Positions 16,320-24,734 of a DNA stretch of 32,000 bases are shown here, piece by piece. The stretch's first letter is position 1. Each line of letters opens with the position of its first letter. Position numbers and translations under genes: made by a program. The notes under the pieces were generated by a model, which was not told the DNA's origin, did no database searches, and saw only the letters and a program-made list of their open reading frames with translations. The stretch is from the NCBI RefSeq assembly GCF_009831105.1, contig NZ_WUUQ01000002.1, positions 570,001-602,000 of the forward strand. Direction: 5' to 3'. Origin of the DNA: Copranaerobaculum intestinale (GTDB lineage Bacteria; Bacillota_I; Bacilli_A; Erysipelotrichales; Erysipelotrichaceae).

Positions 16320-16357
16320 TATTCTCTGCGTACAGATACCCCCTATACAACTGATGC

Positions 16358-18148
16358 TTACAGTTCATCATATGCGGAATCTGTACTTTGGTCTGGGTTA
16401 TGCAGAAGATTATAAACATTTTCTGCCACCGTTTGCGGTACAACCTGGGCGATTTCCTCGATCGTAGCAGCTTTCAGCTGCTTCATCGACTTGAACTTCT
16501 TCCAGATTTCTTTTTTGCGGACATCGCCGATTCCATCGACCTCATCAAGAATCGATTTCGTCAACGCCTTGGAACGTACCCGGCGATGATAGGAAATGGC
16601 AAAACGATGCACCTCCTCCTGCATTCGGGTTAACAGAAAGAAAAGCGGTGAATCCCGGTGTATCGGAAGGATGTTACCGGCACTGTCAATCAGATTGGAG
16701 GTACGGTGATGATCGTCCTTGACCAGTCCGCAGACAGTAAGCGGTATTTCAAGCGCGTCCAGAATTTCCTTAGCGGCACTGACTTGTAAGGAGCCACCGT
16801 CCATAATCAATAGATCAGGAAAGCGTCCGTCTTCCTTCAGCAGCCGGAAATAACGCCGATAGACAACCTCTTTCATCGAATCCAGATCGCTGATATACTG
16901 ACCTAATTTAAACAGGCGGTAATCCTGTTTGGACGGCTCTCCATCCTTATAGACAACCATTCCGGAAACATTAAATGTACCGGAAATGTGAGAATTATCA
17001 AAAATTTCAATACGATGTATTTCTTTTTGAAACAGGTGCGATAGCTCTCGCATTGCCTGCTCCTTTTCATTCTGCTTTCGCTCCATCAGTTCAAATTTCT
17101 GGAGGTGCGCATTTTGCGCATTCTTTTGAACCATATCAACCAACTTTTTCTTATCCCCGCGAAGCGGCTGCAGAATCTTTACTTCCAGTACTTCAGATAA
17201 CTGGGTTATTCCATATTCCGATGGCAGAAGCAGTTCCTGAGGATAAGGATGCTGCTGATAATACTGAACGATAAACGAAGTAAAGGCTTCATCTGCTTCC
17301 TCATACAGCGGGGTAATCGACAGCGTACGCTCCAACATCTTGCCGCCCCGCAGGAAAAACCCCTGAATGGAGATATAGCCCTTATCGAAATAATAACCAA
17401 ACACATCTCGATCCTTACGATCCTTAAAATCAATCTGTTGACGAGCCGTCACATGCTCGATCGCCTGAATCAGTTCCAGCTTCTCCTGCGCTTTTTCAAA
17501 TGCCAGTTCTTCCGTTGCCTGATCCATTTCCGATTTCAGCTGATCCAGAATATCTTTGACATCACCCTTTAAAAATTTACGGATTTGCTGTGCCATCTGC
17601 TGATAAAGTGTTTCATCGACCTCCTGAATACATGGACCCAGACATTGATGCAGATGATAATACAAACACGCCTTTTTAGGAAGAGTACGACATTTACGCA
17701 ACGGATATAAGCGGTTCAAAAGCCGCATCGTCTGCCATGCCGCTCCAGAATCCGGAAAAGGGCCAAAGTATTCAGCCTTTTTATCTTTGGTATTGCGCAC
17801 TACCTTTAATACCGGTGCCTGCTCTTTGGTCAATTTGATATATGGATATGTTTTATCATCCATAAACATGATATTATACGGCGGAGTATGTTTTTTTATC
17901 AAATTGATTTCCAATAACAGCGCTTCTTTTTCACTTCCGGTTACAATGTATTCAAAATCATCAATATTAGATACCAATTTCTGCGTTTTATAATCATGCG
18001 CTCCGACAAAATACTGCCGTACGCGATTTTTTAATATTTTGGCTTTTCCGACATAAATGATATCTCCGGCTTCGTTTTTCATTAAATAGCAGCCGGGGAG
18101 CGCCGGCAGAATTGCCAGCTTGTCAGATACCTTTGCCATGTTGGCCAT
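16358..18148 (-). CDS. uvrC: excinuclease ABC subunit C
   Basis: 596 aa. GIY-YIG domain (PGCYLMKNEAGDIIYVGKAK), a UVR region, an endonuclease domain and a C-terminal HhH. The ATG lies 1 nt after the mutS2 stop. Confidence 0.9.
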   Translation of the reverse strand: MANMAKVSDKLAILPALPGCYLMKNEAGDIIYVGKAKILKNRVRQYFVGAHDYKTQKLVSNIDDFEYIVTGSEKEALLLEINLIKKHTPPYNIMFMDDKTYPYIKLTKEQAPVLKVVRNTKDKKAEYFGPFPDSGAAWQTMRLLNRLYPLRKCRTLPKKACLYYHLHQCLGPCIQEVDETLYQQMAQQIRKFLKGDVKDILDQLKSEMDQATEELAFEKAQEKLELIQAIEHVTARQQIDFKDRKDRDVFGYYFDKGYISIQGFFLRGGKMLERTLSITPLYEEADEAFTSFIVQYYQQHPYPQELLLPSEYGITQLSEVLEVKILQPLRGDKKKLVDMVQKNAQNAHLQKFELMERKQNEKEQAMRELSHLFQKEIHRIEIFDNSHISGTFNVSGMVVYKDGEPSKQDYRLFKLGQYISDLDSMKEVVYRRYFRLLKEDGRFPDLLIMDGGSLQVSAAKEILDALEIPLTVCGLVKDDHHRTSNLIDSAGNILPIHRDSPLFFLLTRMQEEVHRFAISYHRRVRSKALTKSILDEVDGIGDVRKKEIWKKFKSMKQLKAATIEEIAQVVPQTVAENVYNLLHNPDQSTDSAYDEL

Positions 18149-18149
18149 A

Positions 18150-20474
18150 TCAGTGCTTTCCCTTCATTTTCAGGGTAACAACAGTCGCGCCGAGTCCGCC
18201 CTCACCTTCGCCGCCGATACGGAAGGCTTCCACCCGGGCATGATGCTTGAGGAATTGATGCACCCCTTTGCGCAGTGCTCCCGTGCCGTTGCCGTGAATA
18301 ACGCGAACCACTGACACCTTGGCAAGGATCGCATTATCAAGATATTTGTCAATCACGGGCAGCGCCTCATCAACATACATTCCAAGCAGATTTAGTTCCA
18401 GAGGAAAGCTTTGATGGATCGCTTTTGAATAGGAAGTCTTGGTCTTTTTCATCACAGGCCGGTTAGCATGGGTCAGCTCTGATAATTTGACCTGCATTTT
18501 CAAGCCGTTGCTTAATACGGTTGCCTTTTCCTTCTGGACTGCGATAATTTCTCCAAAATAACCGTGTTTCAAAAGCTGGACATAATCACCGACCGCAAAA
18601 TTTTCTTTGATTGAGGATGGTTCCGGTTCACGCTCTTTACGCAAGGCATTCAACTCGGTTTTGACCGCTGTAAGTTCATGCGGCTTCACATCCGCACTCA
18701 TCGCCTTCAGCCGGGCAATGATTTCCTCACCCTCAGCCTGCGTGGATTCTATCAATTCTTCTGCATGCTGTTCGGCCTTTTCAAGAATTCGCACCCGTTC
18801 GCTTTGAAGCTTACGGCGCTCGTTATTCAATTCCAGCTGAAGCTGCAGCGCATCCGCTTTCATACGAGCCAGCTGCGTTTTGTCATGTTCTGCCTGAAGA
18901 AGAGCTTCTTCCAGCTTTTCCATGAGCCCCTCCTGATCAGTGCGGTTCGCTTCTTTATAAGCACGGGCCCGCTCGATGATCGACTCTTTCAGATGAAAGC
19001 GACGGGCAATTTCAAAGGCGTTGGACTGGCCGCTTAAACCGGCGATATAACGATATGTCGGTCGCATTGCTTCCACATCAAATTCGACACAGGACAACAA
19101 AACATCATCGCATTTTGCACCATAGGTTTTCACCTGCGAAAAGTGAGTCGTGGCAATCAGCGTACAGCCACGTTCCCGCAGTTCATCTAAAATTGCGATG
19201 GCCAGACTCTCACCTTCCTTGGGGTCAGTGCCGCTTCCAAGCTCATCCAACAGCACCAGCGATGTTCCGGTAGCGTGACGGCAGATCATCGCCAGCTTAG
19301 ACAAGTGAGAAGAGAATGTCGACAGGGATTCAACAATGGACTGATCATCACCGATATCGACATAAATATCATCATAAAGCGGAATTTCCGCTTCCTCAGC
19401 CGGCAGCGGCAGTCCACACATCGTCATCGCAGCGAACAAGCCGATGGTTTTCAGCGTTACCGTCTTTCCTCCGGTATTGGAACCGGTTATTAATAAGGTA
19501 CGATGCGGCAGAGCGATTTCATACGTATTGGCAACGACCTGTTCAGGGTCGATCAATGGATGCCGCGCCGCCTTTAAATAAAGACGATCCTTGTTTGACG
19601 TAATAACACCGACACATCCCTGTACTTGTTTGCCCCACTTTGCTTTCGCAAACAAAGCATCTAATACCGCACACGTATCCAGATTTGCCAAAAGCGACGC
19701 GCTGTCTTCTTTTACTAACTGAGACAGGCCAAATAAAATACGGTTTACCTCATCGTGTTCTTGACTATGCAATGACTGCAGGCGGTTATTTAGCTGTAAT
19801 AAGCATTCCGGTTCCACATATGCAGTCTGACCGGATGCGCTTTCACCGTGGATGAATCCCGAAATGCTGTTTTTTTCTGATATTTTCACCAATACACAGA
19901 TTCGTTCATTACGAACTGCCGTTATGGTATCGGTTAATTTCGATCCGTTTGCGGAAATGAATTTCTGTACCTGGGAAGATATTTGCGCCTGGAGTGTCTG
20001 AATAGCTCGGCGAATGCTTCTCAGATCGCTACTGGCGCCGTCTAACACCTCGTCGTTAACAGAAATACAGGATTCGATTTCGCTTGCCAGTTTACCCGTA
20101 TCTGCGAACGCGGTGATCAATTCATCTAACTCCGGAGTTTCGATTTCACTTGCCTTCATATATTTGATGATTGCAGCGATTGCACGAATCCCATCGGCAA
20201 TACGACGCAGTTCCGCTGCGGAAAGGGTCATATCCTTTTTTGCGATCGTGACGCTCTCACTGATATCACGAATTGCGCCAAACGGCATATCTCCATAACG
20301 GATGACCATGTTTAACGCTTCCTGCGTACGGCGCAGCTCGCGTTTTACATATAACTCATCAAAACTGGGAACCAGATTTAAAATAGCAGCGCGTCCGAGT
20401 GAAAAGGCACACTGCTTTGCCACCTGTTCAAAAATTAAGGGCAGTTCCAAAGCTTCTATCTGTTCTTTTTTCAT
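18150..20474 (-). CDS. mutS2: endonuclease MutS2
   Basis: 774 aa. Walker A motif GSNTGGKT, MutS domain V, a coiled-coil linker and a C-terminal Smr domain (LNLLGMYVDEAL...VIHGNGTGALRKGV). Confidence 0.9.
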   Translation of the reverse strand: MKKEQIEALELPLIFEQVAKQCAFSLGRAAILNLVPSFDELYVKRELRRTQEALNMVIRYGDMPFGAIRDISESVTIAKKDMTLSAAELRRIADGIRAIAAIIKYMKASEIETPELDELITAFADTGKLASEIESCISVNDEVLDGASSDLRSIRRAIQTLQAQISSQVQKFISANGSKLTDTITAVRNERICVLVKISEKNSISGFIHGESASGQTAYVEPECLLQLNNRLQSLHSQEHDEVNRILFGLSQLVKEDSASLLANLDTCAVLDALFAKAKWGKQVQGCVGVITSNKDRLYLKAARHPLIDPEQVVANTYEIALPHRTLLITGSNTGGKTVTLKTIGLFAAMTMCGLPLPAEEAEIPLYDDIYVDIGDDQSIVESLSTFSSHLSKLAMICRHATGTSLVLLDELGSGTDPKEGESLAIAILDELRERGCTLIATTHFSQVKTYGAKCDDVLLSCVEFDVEAMRPTYRYIAGLSGQSNAFEIARRFHLKESIIERARAYKEANRTDQEGLMEKLEEALLQAEHDKTQLARMKADALQLQLELNNERRKLQSERVRILEKAEQHAEELIESTQAEGEEIIARLKAMSADVKPHELTAVKTELNALRKEREPEPSSIKENFAVGDYVQLLKHGYFGEIIAVQKEKATVLSNGLKMQVKLSELTHANRPVMKKTKTSYSKAIHQSFPLELNLLGMYVDEALPVIDKYLDNAILAKVSVVRVIHGNGTGALRKGVHQFLKHHARVEAFRIGGEGEGGLGATVVTLKMKGKH

Positions 20475-20475
20475 A

Positions 20476-21153
20476 TTAATTACCTATCACTTCATTCATA
20501 AATTCATTGATGCTCTGCTGGTCAACCCCCTGCTTTTGAAGCCAAATGCGGATCCGCAGATCATCTTCTTTTTCTACCTTGCTGTTCGGTGTCACGATCT
20601 TTTGCAGCGCTTTAAGATCTTTTGCCGAAGAACCTAAATTCTCCAAGATACCGCTTTCCGCCTGTGCTACCAGTTTGAGATAACTGTTCGCAATCACGTA
20701 CTCTCCATTGGCAAATAGCGGCGTCTGCAGGACGAATACTGCAACGATCAAGATGATAAGCGTCTGTAACGCACCGAATATAAGTCCTAAAAGCTTATTG
20801 ATCCCCTGTAAGATCGGCAGCGAAGATATTGTTTTAAACAGCGGCTTAGCAATCATGACAAGCAGCCAAACACACAGAAATAAAATCGCAAATACACAAA
20901 CGCGATTCATTGGTTCATAAATAGAAGCCGCAATATCCGGCTGACTGATCGTAACTGCCTCGCGCGGTACAAGCTTCAATAAGGGAGCGATCCAACCAGA
21001 TAAAAACCAGCTTAAAAATGCCAGAATAATCGTACTGAAACAATCCAGTAGCTTCATTAAGAAACCGCGGCGGTATCCTGACCAAAGAAACAGCAGAAGC
21101 ACCGCCACTATTGCCATATTTAAAAAGAGTATAGAATGTATGGGGAATATCAT
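20476..21153 (-). CDS. cvpA: CvpA-family membrane protein
   Basis: TM-rich protein with the GYRRGF motif near the N-terminus. The start is set at the ATG at 21153, which has GGAGGTG 7 nt upstream. It lies upstream of mutS2, like B. subtilis yshB. Confidence 0.65.
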   Translation of the reverse strand: MIFPIHSILFLNMAIVAVLLLFLWSGYRRGFLMKLLDCFSTIILAFLSWFLSGWIAPLLKLVPREAVTISQPDIAASIYEPMNRVCVFAILFLCVWLLVMIAKPLFKTISSLPILQGINKLLGLIFGALQTLIILIVAVFVLQTPLFANGEYVIANSYLKLVAQAESGILENLGSSAKDLKALQKIVTPNSKVEKEDDLRIRIWLQKQGVDQQSINEFMNEVIGN

Positions 21154-21257
21154 AAAACGGCACCTCCGTTTCATTATTTTAAAACATTTATATAGGAAAA
21201 GCAAATCTGAAAACCACTTGAAATCAACTGCTTTATCCCATGCTTTAGATTGATGAT

Positions 21258-21285
21258 TGTATGCCTGTTTCAAACATGGTAAAAT
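21258..21285 (+). promoter_or_regulatory. sigma-A promoter TTGTAT-17-TGgTAAAAT for rnhC
   Basis: TTGTAT at 21258-21263 and an extended -10, TGGTAAAAT, at 21277-21285. It lies 22 nt before the ATG. Confidence 0.4.
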
Positions 21286-21307
21286 TGGTAAGAAAGTGAG
21301 GAAGCTC

Positions 21308-22168
21308 ATGGAAACATACACCAGCAAATTATCGTATCAGGAAATTCAGGAATTAAAAGCCCGTTATCCAAAAGCCGAGCAAGCAAAAACACCGCCCTAT
21401 GCCTATTATCAGATTCGCTTGTCCGATTGCGTCATCACTGCGTATCAATCAGGAAAAGTGGTATTTCAAGGAGAAGGTGCTGCTCATCATGCCGGGGTTT
21501 TTCAACCGCAGCAGCCGACAGCCGCTCATTACCCGCAGGCTGGAAGCGATGAGGTCGGCACCGGGGATTACTTTGGTCCAATCTGTGTCTGCGCTGCCTA
21601 TGTGACTAAAGAAGATGAAACATGGCTGCGGGAACTGCATATCCAGGATTCCAAGCAGATTCGCGATGAACAGATTCGCCAGCTTGCACCACAGCTGTTA
21701 TCCAGACTCCCCCACAGTCTGCTGATTCTTTCCGATGAAAAATACAATGAAGTACATGAGCACTTCAATATGAATGCCATCAAGGCCCAGCTGCACAATC
21801 AAGCCTATCTGCATTTAATAAAAAAGCTACATCATCAGCCGCAGCATATCTATCTTGATCAATTCACGCCCGAACATCTGTATTACCGCTATCTGCATCA
21901 TGAACCGCAGATCGTAAAAGGGATTCATTTTGAAACCAAGGCAGAAAACAAATATCTCGCTGTTGCCTGCGGCTCGATTATCGCTCGCTATGCTTTCCTG
22001 CAGAAAATGGATGATTTGTCCGCCCAATATCAATTTGAGTTTCCCAAGGGTGCCGGCAAAGGCGTTGATGAACAGGCAAAGATATTTGTTTCACTTCACG
22101 GTGCAGCAGCCTTATCCATGGTTGCTAAGCTGCATTTTGCCAATACGCAGCGAATTCTGACACAATAA
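21308..22168 (+). CDS. rnhC: ribonuclease HIII
   Basis: 286 aa. N-terminal DUF3378-like domain and an RNase HII/HIII catalytic core (GSDEVGTGDYFGP). The start is at METYTSK, with GAGGA upstream. Confidence 0.85.
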   Translation: METYTSKLSYQEIQELKARYPKAEQAKTPPYAYYQIRLSDCVITAYQSGKVVFQGEGAAHHAGVFQPQQPTAAHYPQAGSDEVGTGDYFGPICVCAAYVTKEDETWLRELHIQDSKQIRDEQIRQLAPQLLSRLPHSLLILSDEKYNEVHEHFNMNAIKAQLHNQAYLHLIKKLHHQPQHIYLDQFTPEHLYYRYLHHEPQIVKGIHFETKAENKYLAVACGSIIARYAFLQKMDDLSAQYQFEFPKGAGKGVDEQAKIFVSLHGAAALSMVAKLHFANTQRILTQ

Positions 22169-22192
22169 AACTGGCTTGAACCAGTTTTTTTA
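22167..22192. terminator. bidirectional terminator between rnhC and the GNAT gene
   Basis: AAAACTGG-CTTGAA-CCAGTTTT followed by a T-run on the plus strand. It overlaps both stop codons. Confidence 0.65.
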
Positions 22193-22777
22193 TTCTTGTT
22201 CCCAGCGTTTTATCCGATAGGATAGCGCCAAGCAGTATGCACACATATCCACTTTCGTCTTCGTAACGGCATTATAGCCGCTGCCCGGAAGCATTCCCTG
22301 ATACAGAAACCCCAGCTTTGCGGCCAAGGCCATTGACGCCAGATTCCCAGGCCAGATCGTCAGCAGGACATGCTGAAGGTGATAGTTGTAATAAAGATGC
22401 TGCAGCAGTCCCTTCATGCAGGTGTGCATGATTCCCTGTTTCCAGCAGCTTCGGTTTAAGGCATAGCCCATACATGCAGTCCGCTGCCAAGGATGAATAT
22501 AGTACATCGCAATCGAACCAATCGCTTTTTTAGAGCATTGATCTTCAATGATCCAACGAAGCGTTTTGTGCTGTTCATATCCATTTTGTATATCCGCGAT
22601 CAGCTGCTTCATTTCATCCAGATTCTGTAGTGGGATCATGCCCTCATACTGCAAGGTTTCAGCATCACTGTAAAGTTCAAATAAATCCTCTGCATCATCT
22701 TCACGAATTTCACGCAGCAGATAATGATCGATTGCGACTTCCGGAAATTTGCGGAATACAGTCTTTAAAGATGCCAT
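22190..22777 (-). CDS. GNAT-family N-acetyltransferase (RimJ/RimL-like)
   Basis: 195 aa starting from MASLKTVF at 22777. Pattern YLLREIREDD...WIIED...GYAL...N..S..LAAKLGF. The start lies 4 nt after the MATE stop. Confidence 0.7.
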   Translation of the reverse strand: MASLKTVFRKFPEVAIDHYLLREIREDDAEDLFELYSDAETLQYEGMIPLQNLDEMKQLIADIQNGYEQHKTLRWIIEDQCSKKAIGSIAMYYIHPWQRTACMGYALNRSCWKQGIMHTCMKGLLQHLYYNYHLQHVLLTIWPGNLASMALAAKLGFLYQGMLPGSGYNAVTKTKVDMCAYCLALSYRIKRWEQE

Positions 22778-22781
22778 GATG

Positions 22782-24164
22782 TTAAACCTGTTCACTTGCC
22801 GTTTCCGGCTGCGGATGCTGCAGAATTCGTCGGGATATGATCGCAAAGGCCAGCACCGTACAGAATGTAGCAGTGAAATCAGCAATTGGCTGTGCGATAA
22901 AGATGCCATCCACACCAAGTCCGGTCACTGCCGGGATCAGATATATCAGCGGAATCAGCACGACAATTTTACGAAGCAGCGCCATGCACATGGAGATCTT
23001 AGCTTGTCCCAATGCGACAAAAGCATTCTGACAAACAATCTGTGCCCCAAAGAAAATCGTACCGAAGAAATAGATGCGCATGCATTGATCCGTCAGCTCC
23101 TGCAATTTCATATCACCGGTAAAAAGCATTGATAGCAGACTTGGTGCAAATACGCAAATTGCCCACATTACAGCCGTATAGCCAACCGCAACCTTCAGGG
23201 TCAGTCTGACCGTATCCTTTACCCGCTGATATTGTTTCGCTCCATAATTAAAGCCGACAATCGGCTGTGCTCCCTGAGTGAGTCCCATCAACGGCATCAT
23301 GACAAACTGCATGATGCTGCTCATGATCACCATTGCCCCGACATATAAATCACCACCAAGCGCTTTCAGCTGAGTATTGAAAACAATGCTTACCAGGCAT
23401 TCGGTGGACTGCATGATAAAGGGTGAAATACCCAGCGCAATAATATTTCCAATCAGTCGTACATCCATTTTCATACCGGATCGGCGAATATGGATCATGC
23501 CCTTATTGCCGGTCAAAAATTTCATAACCCAGATTGCTGAAACAGCCTGTGATAGAATGGTCGCCAAGGCAGCCCCGCGCACTCCCATATGAAAAATAAA
23601 GATAAAGACCGGATCCAGCACAATATTGATGATGGCACCGATTACCACTGTATACATGCCAATTTTGGCAAAGCCCTGTGCGTTGATAAAATTGTTGAGT
23701 CCCAAGGCGATCTGCACAAAAATGGTACCAATCAAGTAGATTTCCAGATATTGAACCGCATAGGTAATCGTACTTTCACTAGCACCAAAAGCCATCAAAA
23801 TCGGTTCCCGTCCAATTAAAAATACCGCAGTCAATATAATCGATATTATCAAAATCATCGAGAAGCAATTCCCCAGTATTTTCTCAGCCTGTTCTTTATT
23901 CTTCGCGCCCATCTGAATGGATGCCAGCGGAGCTCCACCCATTCCGATCAACGCCGCAAAAGCAGATATCAGCATGATGATCGGAAACGCTACCCCAACG
24001 CCGGTCAGCGCTTGCGTTCCGATTCCCTCAATACGGCCGATATACATGCGGTCCACAATATTATAGAGTAGGTTTACCAGCTGTGCGGCAATCGCCGGCA
24101 GTGATAATGAAAACAGCAGTTTTCCTACACTTTGATTTAATAAACGTTCATTCTTCTGATCCAA
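22782..24164 (-). CDS. MATE-family efflux transporter
   Basis: About 460 aa with 12 TM segments and a typical MATE N-terminus (LLNQSVGKLLFSLSLPAIAAQLVNLLYNIVDRMYIG). The start is set at TTG 24164, which has AAAGGAG 7 nt upstream. The longer ORF-track start has no RBS. Confidence 0.85.
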   Translation of the reverse strand: MDQKNERLLNQSVGKLLFSLSLPAIAAQLVNLLYNIVDRMYIGRIEGIGTQALTGVGVAFPIIMLISAFAALIGMGGAPLASIQMGAKNKEQAEKILGNCFSMILIISIILTAVFLIGREPILMAFGASESTITYAVQYLEIYLIGTIFVQIALGLNNFINAQGFAKIGMYTVVIGAIINIVLDPVFIFIFHMGVRGAALATILSQAVSAIWVMKFLTGNKGMIHIRRSGMKMDVRLIGNIIALGISPFIMQSTECLVSIVFNTQLKALGGDLYVGAMVIMSSIMQFVMMPLMGLTQGAQPIVGFNYGAKQYQRVKDTVRLTLKVAVGYTAVMWAICVFAPSLLSMLFTGDMKLQELTDQCMRIYFFGTIFFGAQIVCQNAFVALGQAKISMCMALLRKIVVLIPLIYLIPAVTGLGVDGIFIAQPIADFTATFCTVLAFAIISRRILQHPQPETASEQV

Positions 24165-24200
24165 AACAACCGCTCCTTTGCTCTTTAGGTTAATGAAACT

Positions 24201-24209
24201 ATTATACCA
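24201..24209 (-). promoter_or_regulatory. extended -10 promoter TGgTATAAT for the MATE-GNAT operon
   Basis: The minus strand reads TGGTATAAT, 36 nt upstream of the TTG start. Confidence 0.45.
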
Positions 24210-24386
24210 TAAAACCTCACATGATTCGAGTAAAAGAACGATATAAGCACACCTTTTCAAGGCTTGAAAACACGAGCTGTTATAAGTGGAATTTTCATCA
24301 TTTTAAGCGATCGATGAATGCAGATTTTCGATGATGAGCATTCTTATATTTTCCAAAATGTCAAGGGTATCTTTTTAAAAAAAGAA

Positions 24387-24395
24387 TGCTATACT
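24387..24395 (+). promoter_or_regulatory. extended -10 promoter TGcTATACT driving the structured leader
   Basis: TGCTATACT on the plus strand, about 7 nt before the first base of the P1 helix at 24402. Confidence 0.4.
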
Positions 24396-24401
24396 AGAGT
24401 T

Positions 24402-24549
24402 GTCCAAAAGGTATACATTTTTCCTACACGAAGAGATAAGGGAACCCGGACGTTGTGTTTTGGTGTGAAGGCCTGCTGCGTGCAGGAATCCTAAAAATAC
24501 ACACAGGGTACCCACCTGTATTTACAGGGAAAGATCTCCCCTTTTGGAC
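24402..24549 (+). ncRNA. candidate cis-regulatory structured RNA (riboswitch-like), class unassigned
   Basis: A perfect 10-bp closing helix pairs 24402-24411 with 24540-24549. A stacked 8-bp helix pairs 24417-24424 with 24528-24535. Internal hairpins include 24472-24486. An intrinsic terminator follows immediately. Confidence 0.4.
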
Positions 24550-24558
24550 GTAAAAGAG

Positions 24559-24583
24559 CCGATGATACTTCATCGGTTTTTTT
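24559..24583 (+). terminator. intrinsic terminator (expression platform or sRNA end)
   Basis: Stem CCGATGA (24559-24565), loop TACT, stem TCATCGG (24570-24576), then T7 (24577-24583). There is no upstream plus-strand gene for it to terminate. Confidence 0.65.
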
Positions 24584-24734
24584 ATTGTAGGAACGGCTTT
24601 GAATGCAGCCTCCAACAGAAATGAATTTTCAAGAAGTGTTATCAAACCGGCACGTTTTTCATGAATTTCTATATATTGGGAATCGTTTGTTGTATAATAA
24701 GGATATGTAAAACAACTATCTGGAGGGATATTGT

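Noticed and set aside
20476-21327. Long N-terminal extensions in the ORF track for cvpA (to 21327), spoVAC (to 13341), GNAT (to 22918), MATE (to 24260), rluB (to 3105), rnhC (from 21257) and spmA (to 4240)
   Set aside because: The extensions lack an RBS. They overlap upstream genes or promoters and add non-homologous residues. Internal starts with good SD sequences reproduce the family-typical N-termini.
24311-24343. Direct repeats TCGATGAATGCA / TCGATGATGAGCA and a 6-bp inverted repeat GAATGC-N16-GCATTC in the divergent MATE/leader promoter region, considered as a possible operator
   Set aside because: The repeats are short and imperfect, and no regulator gene is adjacent. They cannot be distinguished from chance without comparative data.
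24402-24549. Attempts to assign the leader to a known class: cobalamin (AAGGGAA, GGTGTGAAGGCC, CAGGGAAAG), c-di-GMP-I (CACG...GGACG...AAGGCC), or a T-box on the minus strand (GGTGGGTACC)
   Set aside because: Each resemblance covers only short segments with wrong spacing. There is no B12 box or CCCGC core. There is no GCAAA / GACGCAAAGC or tetraloop-receptor layout. There is no GGGTGGTACCGCG T-box, and the terminator polarity is wrong for the minus strand. The class is left unassigned pending a covariance-model search.
24603-24707. 34-aa small ORF (MQPPTEMNFQEV...) between the leader terminator and the SBP gene
   Set aside because: The AGGAA is weak and distant (about 10 nt). There is no conservation evidence. 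The sequence is AT-rich intergenic DNA, and the ORF also contains a TATAAT at 24693-24698 that may be a secondary promoter. Not enough supports a coding call.
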